From NCBI GenBank assembly GCA_964016885.1, contig OZ024743.1:335606001-335670000 (forward strand): DNA of 64,000 nt. The letters run 5' to 3'. Numbering within the stretch: the stretch's first letter is position 1; every line of letters begins with the position of its first letter. The stretch is from Eledone cirrhosa. Its lineage: Eukaryota. The notes under the pieces were generated by a model. It saw only the letters and a program-made list of their open reading frames with translations. It made no database searches and had not been told where the DNA came from. Made by a program: the position numbers and the translations under genes. This document shows, in pieces, positions 26,369 through 41,100 of this stretch.

Positions 26369-26566
26369 CAGGGTGTTTCAAAAAAGTTAATATCATTTGA
26401 GATGTAAATAACCCTGAAACTACAAGGTCTAGGTCAACGAGACAAAGCAGGCTCCAAGATTTATTCCACAAAACATGTCCACGTTATAACATTAATTCAT
26501 AATATATATTTCAATGTGACAACCTTTGGAACAGACCATTGATATCAAATTTTTTGAAACAATCTC
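26369..26566. mobile_element. Duplicate mariner-type MITE
   Basis: Matches 9873-10070. Confidence 0.6.
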
Positions 26567-26731
26567 TCTCTCTATATATATGTGAAGTAATTCCGTCGGA
26601 AAGGTCCAGAAAAAAAGAGTGGTCTGCGTAGGTTACAGAGCTTAATAGTTATGTAATAATATTTATTACATAATAATTATTACATAACTATATATATATA
26701 TATATATAATTATAATATAATACTTATTACA

Positions 26732-27862
<1,131 letters not shown>

Positions 27863-28485
27863 GTGTGTGTGTGTGTGTATCACTATCCGTATGTGTGAAA
27901 GAAATAGGATATCAGTCCTCGTATAAGTGCCTGAAAGTGGGTCAGTTTTGATGTTGTCACGATCGAATAATCGCGATGAGGAGACTTAGAAGATCAGATG
28001 TCAGGATCGAATGCGATACATGTTTAGGTACAGTTGGTATAGTAATTAGTAAAATCCCAACAAATTATCCACTCAATTTCGACTAGGAATAAAGAGTAGA
28101 AACTATTTAGCTGGGATGGACGTTTCCAGTATCCTCCATTTTATTGCATGTGGGTATACCTTTATACTTCAGTTCCCACAGGTTTTGCTAAGGTGGTCGC
28201 TGTTTTCATTCTAAGCACCTCAGAGTGACTGAATAATTAGTCATGTGAATAATATATGTGCTTAAAGCTTTTTCTGCATTATACCCACATCATTTTTCTG
28301 CACACTGCTTGGCTGGTGTTCTCATGTGTAACTTCAGCTTCATATATTATCGACTTTGTTACAAACTTGCTGCAGACTCCATTCATCCTTTATCTCGTAA
28401 GAACATCCAGATTCTTCACTGGGTCTTGCAGTTATGATTGATTTCATGGAAATGCTGTATGAATAACTGATCTTGTTATAATAAT

Positions 28486-28670
28486 TGTTTCTACTTTAGG
28501 CACCAAGCCAGCAATTACCCAGTGCATTACTGGTACTTTATTTTATCGACCCCGTATTTGTGAAAGGCAAAGTCAACCTCGGCGGGATTTGAACTCAGAT
28601 CGTAAAGGGACGTAACTATACTGGAAAGCATGGCGTCCGACCCTCAACCGATACTGCCAATCCACCGCCC
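28486..28670 (-). mobile_element. Duplicate SINE, family A, with 15-bp TSD
   Basis: Matches 11966-12150. Confidence 0.85.
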
Positions 28671-29289
28671 TCTTGTTATAATAATCAGTCTGTTTCCGGA
28701 GATATCACACCTCTTCATCTTCAATGATTATAGATATTCCGTTCACTTACACCTTTCTTCAAGATTTTACATCGTGGGGGTGGACTTTACCTAGAATTCA
28801 AACAGACAGGCTTGCCTCGCACTGTCTCGCTGAATTACTCTGAGGATTACGTTAAGTATACATGTGTTATGTAATGTTTAAATTCATGTGCAGGCTGTTC
28901 CGTTGATCGAAACCATTTGTAGATCCATTCCATTGCTTGTTTCAACTCGCATCATCATCTCTTTTGTCGTATTACATCTTTCAGCTTGTTTCCTGGGAGT
29001 TACGTTGTATTAGCTGCTTTAAATTGTATTATTTGCGAATTACAGTCACTATATCATTATTAATTTAAACAGACAAAGGAGATACTTAAAAGTGGAGTGT
29101 AAAATAGAAAGAATTGAATACAGAATAAAGAAAATAGACGTTCATTCAATATTCTGCCCTGGAATTAGTTCAACGATAAGAGCTCCTTAAGAGAAAGTAT
29201 GAAGGCATCGCCTGTCTTTTTACGTCAGTATTTATATGCAAACGATATATCGCGTCACCATCTTACTTGAACTTCTCTTTATAGGATTA

Positions 29290-30196
29290 CTAGCAGTAAA
29301 GCCCGGCGTTGCTCGGGGTCGCTCAGTAGCTGTGTTAAAGTTACAATGTTAAGTTTTTTTCTTGGCTTAAAAACTGTAGTGTCTACTGTGCAGACTTGCA
29401 TGTGGTGTTTTTGATTAATATTCCCTCAACCAACAATATGCCTTATGAAGTTAAGAAAACATAACGATAACCCGAATGTTATAACAAAAGAGGATGCTGG
29501 GGATAGAAACTGCACTGGTTATTTATTAACAAAGATCGAAAATGTAAACACTGCAACGCAGAGAAAAACATTAGCGTAACCAAATTATCAGTTATGTCTG
29601 TCTGCACGCCTATATCACCTCTCTGCACGACTGTCTGTCTGCACGCCTATATCACCTCTCTGCACGACTGTCTGTCTGCACGCCTAAATCACCTCTCTGC
29701 ACGACTGTCTGTCTGCACGCGTATATCACCTCTCTGCACGACTGTCTGTCTGCACGACTGTCTGTCTGCACGCCTAACGACGAAATATTTGCTTGTTTTA
29801 CGTAGTCTTTAAATAGACTTGTTTTCAAGTAAAAATATTGTTTTAAAATGCTTTTAAATGGAAATGAAGCAAAACGGAAGCTTAGTGTTCAACTGTTCGT
29901 GTATTGTGTTAATGTCATTTTAAACGCTGAGAAAGCCAGCGTAATTTTTTACGTAAGACGCTCAATGTAAACAGAACAAAGGGAAATAACTGATAACTTA
30001 CGCTAAAAAATCGATACATTATATTCGATTTCGTCACATAGGGTGGGTCAATTTGAAATTTTTTTTTTCCGATGTCTTCGCTAGGGCTCAATGTACAAGT
30101 ATAGCAATTTCGGTGCAATTCCGTCAGAGATTCTAAGAGGAGATGTGTGCCAAAAATCGATAGACAGACAGACAACCACAGTTTTATATATATAGA
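29290..30196 (-). mobile_element. Duplicate non-autonomous Helitron with 37-bp minisatellite
   Basis: Matches 12770-13676. Confidence 0.85.
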
Positions 30197-30721
30197 TGAG
30201 CTGTTGTGAGAGTATTCGAGGTGGATATCAAGAGGTGTGGGTGTCATTTATTGTGTAAGTTAAAAGAACGTTTTATCGATCATACCTCTCTCTCTCTCTC
30301 TCTCTCTCTCCCTCTCTCTCTCTGTCTTTCTTTCTTTCTCTCTCGCCCTCTCTTTCTCTCTATATTATCCTCGGAATGACTGATTATTCCTTACGAGTAC
30401 AACATGTTATTGTTACTGCTTTAACAATAGAGGACAAAACGGAACATTTTTCATAAAGAAAATGCAGAGAGATTAATATCTTAAAAGTAACCAATATATG
30501 ACAAAACACTGTTTTGCAATACTGGAATCACCTTTCATATGCCCAGCCAATGCATTAATTGAAAAAATAATGGATAGCGGTAAGAGCCACCGAGTCTTTT
30601 CAAATATTGCATGTCACCATTATTCCTGTGGATATCGGATATTATTAAAACCGTATATTTGACATAATCATCTAACATTTCAGCATTCGCTTAGCTAATT
30701 CAAACATTTTGCTGGCCATTA

Positions 30722-32052
30722 TTTTGGTTGTTGCTATTGCTATTGTTGTTGTTGCTACTGTTGTTGATGATGCTATTGCTTTTGTTGCTGCAATTGTTGT
30801 TGTTGTTGCTCCTATTGCTGTTGTTACTATTGTTGTTGTTGTTGCTACTGTTATTGATGATGCTATTGCTTTTGTTGCTGTTATTGCTGTTTTTGTTGAT
30901 GCTATTGATATTGTAGCAGCTATTGCTGTTGTTGCTGCTATTGCTGTTGATGTTGCTATTGATGTTATTGCTATTGCTGTTGTTGCTGCTATTGCTGTTG
31001 ATGCTATTGCAGTTGTTGCTGCTATTGCTGTTGTTGCTGTTATTGCTGTTGTTGCTGCTATTGCTGTTGATGATGATATTGCTGTTGCTGCTATTTTTCT
31101 GTTGTGGTTGCTATTGCTGTTGTTGCTATTGCTGTTGTTTCTGCTATTGCTGTTGATGCTATTGCAGTTGTTGCTGCTATTGTTGTTGTTGCTGTTATTG
31201 ATGTTGTTGCTGCTATTGCTGTTGATGATGATATTGCTGTTGCTGCTATTTTTCTGTTGTGGTTGCTATTGCTGTTGTTGCTATTGCTGTTGTTTCTGCT
31301 ATTGCTGTTGATGCTATTGCAGTTGTTGCTGCTATTGTTGTTGTTGCTGTTATTGATGTTGTTGCTGCTATTGATGTTGTTGCTGCTATTGCTGTTGCTG
31401 CTGTTGCTGTTGTTGATGCTATTGCTGTTGTTGTTGCTATTGCTGTTGTTGCTGCTATTGCTGTTGTTGCTGCTATTGCCGTTGTTGCTGCTATTGTTGT
31501 TGTTGATGATATTGCTGTTGTTGATGCTATTGCTGTTGTTGATGCTATTGCTGTTGTTGATGCTATTGCTGTTGTTGATGTTATTGTTGTTGTTGCTGCG
31601 ATTGTTATTGTTGCTGCTATTGCTGTTGTTAATGCTATTGCTGTTGTTGTTGCTATTGATGTTGTTGCTGCTATTGCTGTTGTGGCTGCTATTGTTGTTG
31701 CTGATATTGCTGTTGATGCTATTGCTGTTGTTGATGCGATTGTTGTTGTTGCTATTGCTGTTGTTGCTGATATTGCTGTTGTTCATGCTATTGCTGTTGA
31801 TGATATTGCTGATGTTGATGCTATTGTTGTTGTTGCTATTGCTGTTGTTCCTGCTATTGCTGTTGTGGCTGCTATTGCTGTTGCTGCTATTGCTGTTGCT
31901 GCTATTGCTGTTGTTGCTGCTATTGCTGTTGATGCTATGGCTGATTTAAATATTGCTGTTGTTGATAATATTGCTGTTATTGCTATTGCTGTTGTTAATG
32001 CTGTTGTTGTTCATGATATTATTGTTCTTATCGTTGTGGTTGCTATTGCTGT
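30722..32052. repeat. Degenerate trinucleotide array, copy 2, with an extra 155-bp internal duplication
   Basis: Marker TTTTTCTGTTGTGGTTGCT occurs twice, 155 bp apart, versus once in copy 1. Confidence 0.9.
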
Positions 32053-32118
32053 TAAGACTACATTTTTTTATTTTGATGTTGTTGACGTCGTCGTCATAGT
32101 TATTGTTGTTTATGTTAT

Positions 32119-35100
32119 TGCTGGTGGTGTCAGTGATGGTGGGGATGGTAGCTATGGTGATGTAGCTGGTAGCAACATGATTGCTATTGTTGTTAATGCT
32201 GGTGGTGATGGTAGCTATGGTGATGTAGCTGGTAGTAACATGATTGCTATTGTTGTTATTGCTGGTGGGGTCAGTGATGGTGGGGATGGTAGCTATGGTG
32301 ATGTAGCTGTTAGCAACATGATTGCTATTGTTGTTGTTGCTGGTGGTGTCAGTGATGGTGGGGATGGTAGCTATGGTGATGTAGCTGGTAGTAACATGAT
32401 TGCTATTGTTGTTATTGCTGGTGGTGTCAGTGATGGTGGGGATGGTAGCTATGGTGATGTAGCTGGTAGTAACATGATTGCTATTGTTGTTATTGCTGGT
32501 GGTGTCAGTGATGGTGGGGATGGTAGCTATGGTGATGTAGCTGGTAGTAACATGATTGCTATTGTTGTTATTGCTGGTGGTGTCGTGATGGTGGGGATGG
32601 TAGCTATGGTGATGTAGCTGGTAGCAACATGATTGCTATTGTTGTTATTGCTGGTGGTGTCAGTGATGGTGGGGATGGTAGCTATGGTGATGTAGCTTGT
32701 AGTAACATGATTGCTATTGTTGTTATTGCTGGTGGTGTCAGTGACGGTGGGGATGGTAGCTATGGTGATGTAGCTGGTAGTAACATGATTGCTATTGTTG
32801 TTATTGCTGGTGGTGTCGTGATGGTGGGGATGGTAGCTATGGTGATGTAGCTGCTAGCAACATGATTGCTATTGTTGTTATTGCTGGTGCTGTCAGTGAT
32901 GGTGGGGATGGTAGCTATGGTGATGTAGCTGGTTGTAACATGATTGCTATTGTTGTTATTGCTGGTGGTGTCTGTGATGGTGGGGATGGAAGCTATGGTG
33001 ATGAAGCTGCTAGCAACATGATTGCTATTGTTGTTATTGCTGGTGGTATCAGTGATGGTGGGGATGGTAGATATGGTGATGTAGCTGGTAGCAACATGAT
33101 TGCTATTGTTGTTATTGCTGGTTGTATCAGTGATGGTGGGGATGGTAGCTATGGTGATGTAGCTGGTAGCAACATGATTGCTATTGTTGTTGTTGCTGGT
33201 GGAGTCAGTGATGGTGGGGATGGTTGCTATGGTGATGTAGCTGCTAGTAACATGATTGCTATTGTTGTTACTGCTGGTGGTGTCAGTGATGGTGGGGATG
33301 GTAGCTATGGTGATGTAGCTGCTAGCAACATGATTGCTATTGTTGTTGTTGCTGGTGGTGTCAGTGATGGTGGGGATGGTAGCTATGGTGATGTAGCTGG
33401 TAGTAACATGATTGCTATTGTTGTTATTGCTGGTGGTGATGGTAGCTATGGTGATGTAGCTGGTAGTAACATGATTGCTATTGTTGTTATTGCTGGTGGT
33501 GATGGTAGCTATGGTGATATAGCTGGTAGTAACACGATTGCTATTGTTGTTATTGCTGGTGGGGATGGTAGCTATGGTGATGTAGCTGGTAGTAACATGA
33601 TTGCTATTGTTGTTATTGCTGGTGGTGTCAGTGATGGTGGGGATGGTAGCTATGGTGATGTAACTGGTAGCAACATGATTGCTATTGTTGTTATTGCTGG
33701 TGGTATCAGTGATGGTGGGGATGGTAGCTATGGTGATGTAGCTGGTAGCAACATGATTGCTATTGTTGTTATTGCTGGTGGTATCAGTGATGGTGGGGAT
33801 GGTAGCTATGGTGATGTAGCTGCTAGCAACATGATTGCTATTGTTGTTATTGTTGGTGGTGTCAGTGATGGTGGGGATGGTAGCTATGGTGATGTAGCTG
33901 GTAGCAACATGATTGCTATTGTTGTTATTGCTGGTGGTATCAGTGATGGTGGGGATGGTAGCTATGGTGATGTAGCTGGTAGCAACATGATTGCTATTGT
34001 TGTTATTGCTGGTTGTATCAGTGATGGTGGGGATGGTAGCTATGGTGATGTAGCTGGTAGTAACATGATTGCTATTGTTGTTATTGCTGGTGGTGTCAGT
34101 GATGGTGGGGATGGTAGCTATGGTGATGTAGCTGGTAGCAACATGATTGCTATTGTTGTTATTGCTGGTGGTGTCAGTGATGGTGGGGATGGTAGCTATG
34201 GTGATGTAGCTGCTAGCAACATGATTGCTATTGTTGTTATTGCTGGTGCTGTCAGTGATGGTGGGGATGGTAGCTATGGTGATGTAGCTGGTTGTAACAT
34301 GATTGCTATTGTTGTTATTGCTGGTGGTATCAGTGATGGTGGGGATGGTAGCTATGGTGATGTAGCTGGTAGCAACATGATTGCTATTGTTGTTATTGCT
34401 GGTTGTATCAGTGATGGTGGGGATGGTAGCTTTGGTGATGTAGCTGGTAGTAACATGATTGCTATTGTTGTTATTGCTGGTGGTGTCAGTGATGGTGGGG
34501 ATGGTAGCTATGGTGATGTAGCTGGTAGCAACATGATTGCTATTGTTGTTATTGCTGGTGGTGTCAGTGATGGTGGGGATGGTAGCTATGGTGATGTAGC
34601 TGCTAGCAACATGATTGCTATTGTTGTTATTGCTGGTGCTGTCAGTGATGGTGGGGATGGTAGCTATGGTGATGTAGCTGGTTGTAACATGATTGCTATT
34701 GTTGTTATTGCTGGTGGTGTCAGTGATGGTGGGGATAGTAGCTATGGTGATGAAGCTGCTAGCAACATGATTGCTATTGTTGTTATTGCTGGTGGTATCA
34801 GTGATGGTGGGGATGGTAGATACGGTGATGTAGCTGCTAGCAACATGATTGCTATTGTTGTTATTGCTAGTGGTGTCAGTGATGGTGTGGATGGTAGCTA
34901 TGGTGATGTAGCTGCTAGCAACATGATTGCTATTGTTGTTATTGCTGGTGGTGTCAGTGATGGTGGGGATGGTAGCTATGGTGATGTAGCTGCTAGCAAT
35001 ATGATTGCTATTTTTGTTATTGCTGGTGGTGTCAGTGATGGTGGGGTTGGTAGCTATGGTGATGTAGCTGCTAGTAACATGATTGCTATTGTTGTTATTG

Positions 35101-38100
35101 CTGGTGGTGTCAGTGATGGTGGGGATGGTAGCTATGGTGATGTAGCTGCTAGTAACATGATTGCTATTGTTGTTATTGCTGGTGGTGTCAGTGATGGTGG
35201 GGATGGTAGCTATGGTGATGTAGCTGCTAGCAATATGATTGCTATTGTTGTTATTGCTGGTGGTGTCAGTGATGGTGGGGTTGGTAGCTATGGTGATGTA
35301 GCTGGTAGAAACATGATTGCTATTGTTTTTGCTGGTGGTGTCAGTGATGGTGGGGATGGTAGCTATGGTGATGTAGCTGGTAGTGACATGATTGCTACTG
35401 TTGTTATTGCTGGTGGTGTCAGTGATGGTGGGGATGGTAGCTATGGTGATGTAGCTGCTAGCAACATGATTGCTATTGTTGTTATTGCTGGTGGTGTCAG
35501 TGATGGTGGGGATGGTAGCTATGGTGATGTAGCTGGTAGTAACATGATTGCTATTGTTGTTATTGCTGGTGGTGTCAGTGATGGTGGGGATGGTAGCTAT
35601 GGTGATGTAGCTGGTAGTGACATGATTGCTATTGTTGTTATTGCTGGTGGTGTCAGTGATGGTGGGGATGGTAGCTATGGTGATGTAGCTGGTAGTAACA
35701 TGATTGCTATTGTTGTTATTGCTGGTGGTGTCAGTGAATGTGGGGATGGTAGCTATGGTGATGTAGCTGGTAGCAACATGATTGCTATTGTTGTTATTGC
35801 TGGTGGTGTCAGTGATGGTGGGGATGGTAGCTATGGTGATGTAGCTGGTAGTAACATGATTGCTATTGTTGTTATTGCTGGTGGTGTCAGTGAATGTGGG
35901 GATGGTAGCTATGGTGATGTAGCTGGTAGCAACATGATTGCTATTGTTGTTATTGCTGGTGGTGTCAGTGATGGTGGGGATGGTAGCTATGGTGATATAG
36001 CTGCTAGCAACATGATTGCTATTGTTGTTATTGCTGGTAGTGTCAGTGATGGTGGGGATGGTAGCTATGGTGATGTAGCTGCTAGCAACATGATTGCTAT
36101 TGTTGTTATTGCTGGTGGTGTCAGTGATGGTGGGGATGGTAGCTATGGTGATGTAGCTGGTAGTGACATGATTGCTACTGTTGTTATTGCTGGTGGTGTC
36201 AGTGATGGTGGGGATGGTAGCTATGGTGATGTAGCTGGTTGTAACATGATTGCTATTGTTGTTATTGCTGGTGGTGTCAGTGATGGTGGGGATGGTAGCA
36301 ATGGTGATGTAGCTGGTAGTAACATGATTGCTATTGTTGTTATTGCTGGTGGTGTTAGTGATGGTGGGGATGGTAGCTATGGTGATGTAGCTGGTAGTAA
36401 CAGGATTGCTATTGTTGTTATTGCTGGTGGTGTCAGTGATGGTGGGGATGGTAGCTATGGTGATGTAGCTGCTAGCAACATGATTGCTATTGTTGTTATT
36501 GCTGGTGGTGTCAGTGATGGTGGGGATGGTAGCTATGGTGATGTAGCTGGTAGTGACATGATTGCTACTGTTGTTATTGCTGGTGGTGTCAGTGATGGTG
36601 GGGATGGTAGCTATGGTGATGTAGCTGGTAGTAACATGATTGCTATTGTTGTTATTGCTGGTGGTGTTAGTGATGGTGGGGATGGTAGCTATGGTGATGT
36701 AGCTGGTAGTAACAGGATTGCTATTGTTGTTATTGCTGGTGGTGTCAGTGATGGTGGGGATGGTAGCTATGGTGATGTAGCTGCTGGCAACATGATTGCT
36801 ATTGTTGTTATTGCTGGTGGTGTCAGTGATGGTGGGGATGGTAGCTATGGTGATGTAGCTGCTAGCAACATGATTGCTATTGTTGTTATTGCTGGTGGTA
36901 TCAGTGATGGTGGGGATGGTAGCTATGGTGATGTAGCTGGTAGTAACAGGATTGCTATTGTTGTTATTGCTGGTGGTGTCAGTGATGGTGGGGATGGTAG
37001 CTATGGTGATGTAGCTGCTAGCAACATGATTGCTATTGTTGTTATTGCTGGTGGTATCAGTGATGGTGGGGATGGTAGCTATGGTGATGTAGCTTCTAGT
37101 AACATGATTGCTATTGTTGTTATTGCTGGTGGTGTCAGTGATGGTGGAGTTGGTAGCTATGGTGATGTAGCTGGTAGTAACATGATTGCTATTGTTGTTA
37201 TTGCTGGTGGTGTCAGTGATGGTGGGGATGGTAGATATGGTGATGTAGCTGGTAGTAACATGATTGCTATTGTTGTTATTGCTGGTGGTGACAGTGATGG
37301 TGGGGATGGTAGCTATGGTGATGTAGCTGGTAGTAACATGATTGTTATTGTTGTTATTGCTGGTGGTGTCAGTGATGGTGGGGATGGTAGCTATGGTGAT
37401 GTAGCTGGTAGTAACATGATTGCTATTGTTGTTATTGCTGGTGGTGTCAGTGATGGTGGGGATGGTAGCTATGGTGATGTAGCTGGTAGTAACATGATTA
37501 CTATCGTTGTTATTGCTGGTGGTGTCAGTGATGGTGGGGATGGTAGCTATGGTGATGTAGCTGCTAGGAACATGATTGCTATTGTTGTTATTGCTGGTGG
37601 TGTCAGTGATGGTGGGGATGGTAGCTATGGTGATGTAGCTGGTAGCAACATGATTGCTATTGTTGTTATTGCTGGTGGTGTCAGTGATGGTGGGGATGGT
37701 AGCTATGGTGATGTAGCTGGTAGTAACTTGATTGCTATTGTTGTTATTGCTGGTGGTATCAGTGATGGTGGGGATGGTAGATATGGTGATGTAGCTGGTA
37801 GTAACTTGATTGCTATTGTTGTTATTGCTGGTGGTATCAGTGATGGTGGGGTTGGTAGCTATGGTGATGTAGCTGGTAGTAACTTGATTGCTATTGTTAT
37901 TATTGCTGCTGGTATCAGTGATGGTGGGGATGGTAGCTATGGTGATGTAGCTGGTAGTAACATGATTGCTATTGTTGTTATTGCTGGTGGTGTCAGTGAT
38001 GGTGGGGATGGTAGCTATGGTGATGTAGCTGCTAGCAACATGATTGCTATTGTTGTTATTGCTGGTGGTGTCAGTGATTGTGGGGATGGTAGCTATGGTG

Positions 38101-41100
38101 ATGTAGCTGCTAGCAACATGATTGCTATTGTTGTTATTGCTGGTGGTGTCAGTGATGGTGGGGATGGTAGCTATGGTGATGTAGCTGGTAGTAACATGAT
38201 TGCTATTGTTGTTATTGCTGGTGGTGTCAGTGATGGTGGGGATGGTAGCTATGGTGATGTAGCTGGTAGTAACATGTTTGCTATCGTTGTTATTGCTGGT
38301 GGTGTCAGTGATGGTGGGGATGGTAGCTATGGTGATGTAGCTGCTAGGAACATGATTGCTATTGTTGTTATTGCTGGTGGTGTTAGTGATGGTGGGGATG
38401 GTAGCTATGGTGATGTAGCTGGTAGCAACATGATTGCTATTGTTGTTATTGCTGGTGGTGTCAGTGATGGTGGGGATGGTAGCTATGGTGATGTAGCTGG
38501 TAGTAACTTGATTGCTATTGTTGTTATTGCTGGTGGTATCAGTGATGGTGGGGATGGTAGCTATGGTGATGTAGCTGGTAGTAACTTGATTGCTATTGTT
38601 GTTATTGCTGCTGGTATCAGTGATGGTGGGGATGGTAGCTATGGTGATGTAGCTGGTAGTAACATGATTGCTATTGTTGTTATTGCTGGTGGTGTCAGTG
38701 ATGATGGGAATGGTAGCTATGGTGATGAAGCTGCTAGCAACATGATTGCTATTGTTGTTATTGCTGGTGGTATCAGTGATGGTGGGGATGGTAGATACGG
38801 TGATGTAGCTGCTAGCAACATGATTGCTATTGTTGTTATTGCTAGTGGTGTCAGTGATGGTGTGGATGGTAGCTATGGTGATGTAGCTGCTAGCAACATG
38901 ATTGCTATTGTTGTTATTGCTGGTGGTGTCAGTGATGGTGGGGATGGTAGCTATGGTGATGTAGCTGCTAGTAACATGATTGCTATTGTTGTTATTGCTG
39001 GTGGTGTCAGTGATGGTGGGGATGGTAGCTATGGTGATGTAGCTTCTAGCAATATGATTGCTATTGTTGTTATTGCTGGTGGTGTCAGTGATGGTGGGGA
39101 TGGTAGCTATGGTGATGTAGCTGCTAGCAACATGATTGCTATTGTTGTTATTGCTGGTGGTGTCAGTGATGGTGGGGATGGTAGCTATGGTGATGTAGCT
39201 GGTAGTGACATGATTGCTACTGTTGTTATTGCTGGTGGTGTCAGTGATGGTGGGGATGGTAGCTATGGTGATGTAGCTGGTAGTAACATGATTGCTATTG
39301 TTGTTATTGCTGGTGGTGTTAGTGATGGTGGGGATGGTAGCTATGGTGATGTAGCTGGTAGTAACAGGATTGCTATTGTTGTTATTGCTGGTGGTGTCAG
39401 TGATGGTGGGGATGGTAGCTATGGTGATGTAGCTGCTGGCAACATGATTGCTATTGTTGTTATTGCTGGTGGTGTCAGTGATGGTGGGGATGGTAGCTAT
39501 GGTGATGTAGCTGCTAGCAACATGATTGCTATTGTTGTTATTGCTGGTGGTATCAGTGATGGTGGGGATGGTAGCTATGGTGATGTAGCTGGTAGTAACA
39601 GGATTGCTATTGTTGTTATTGCTGGTGGTGTCAGTGATGGTGGGGATGGTAGCTATGGTGATGTAGCTGCTAGCAACATGATTGCTATTGTTGTTATTGC
39701 TGGTGGTATCAGTGATGGTGGGGATGGTAGCTATGGTGATGTAGCTTCTAGTAACATGATTGCTATTGTTGTTATTGCTGGTGGTGTCAGTGATGGTGGA
39801 GTTGGTAGCTATGGTGATGTAGCTGGTAGTAACATGATTGCTATTGTTGTTATTGCTGGTGGTGTCAGTGATGGTGGGGATGGTAGCTATGGTGATGTAG
39901 CTGGTAGTAACATGATTGCAATCGTTGTTATTGCTGGTGGTGTCAGTGATGGTGGGGATGGTAGATATGGTGATGTAGCTGGTAGTAACATGATTGCTAT
40001 TGTTGTTATTGCTGGTGGTGACAGTGATGGTGGGGATGGTAGCTATGGTGATGTAGCTGGTAGTAACATGATTGCTATTGTTGTTATTGCTGGTGGTGTC
40101 AGTGATGGTGGGGATGCTAGCTATGGTGATGTAGCTGGTAGTAACATGATTGCTATTGTTGTTATTGCTGGTGGTGTCAGTGATGGTGGGGATGGTAGCT
40201 ATGGTGATGTAGCTGGTAGTAACATGATTGCTATTGTTGTTATTGCTGGTGGTGTCAGTGATGGTGGGGATGGTAGCTATGGTGATGTAGCTGCTTGTAA
40301 CATGATTGCTATTGTTGTTATTGCTGGTGATGTTAGTGATGGTGGGGATGGTAGCTATGGTGATGTAGCTGGTAGCAACATGATTGCTATTGTTGTTATT
40401 GCTGGTGGTGTCAGTGATGGTGGGGATGGTTGCTATGGTGATGTAGCTGGTAGTAACTTGATTGCTATTGTTGTTATTGCTGGTGGTATCAGTGATGGTG
40501 GGGATGGTAGATATGGTGATGTAGCTGGTAGTAACTTCATTGCTATTGTTGTTATTGCTGGTGGTATCAGTGATGGTGGGGTTGGTAGCTATGGTGATGT
40601 AGCTGGTAGTAACTTGATTGCTATTGTTATTATTGCTGCTGGTATCAGTGATGGTGGGGATGGTAGCTATGGTGATGTAGCTGGTAGTAACATGATTGCT
40701 ATTGTTGTTATTGCTGGTGGTGTCAGTGATGGTGGGGATGGTAGCTATGGTGATGTAGCTGCTAGCAACATGATTGCTATTGTTGTTATTGCTGGTGGTG
40801 TCAGTGATTGTGGGGATGGTAGCTATGGTGATGTAGCTGCTAGCAACATGATTGCTATTGTTGTTATTGCTGGTGGTGTCAGTGATGGTGGGGATGGTAG
40901 CTATGGTGATGTAGCTGGTAGTAACATGATTGTTATTGTTGTTATTGCTGGTGGTGTCAGTGATGGTGGGGATGGTAGCTATGGTGATGTAGCTGGTAGT
41001 AACATGATTGTTATTGTTGTTATTGCTGGTGGTGTTAGTGATGGTGGGGATGGTAGCTATGGTGATGTAGCTGGTAGCAACATGATTGCTATTGTTGTTA

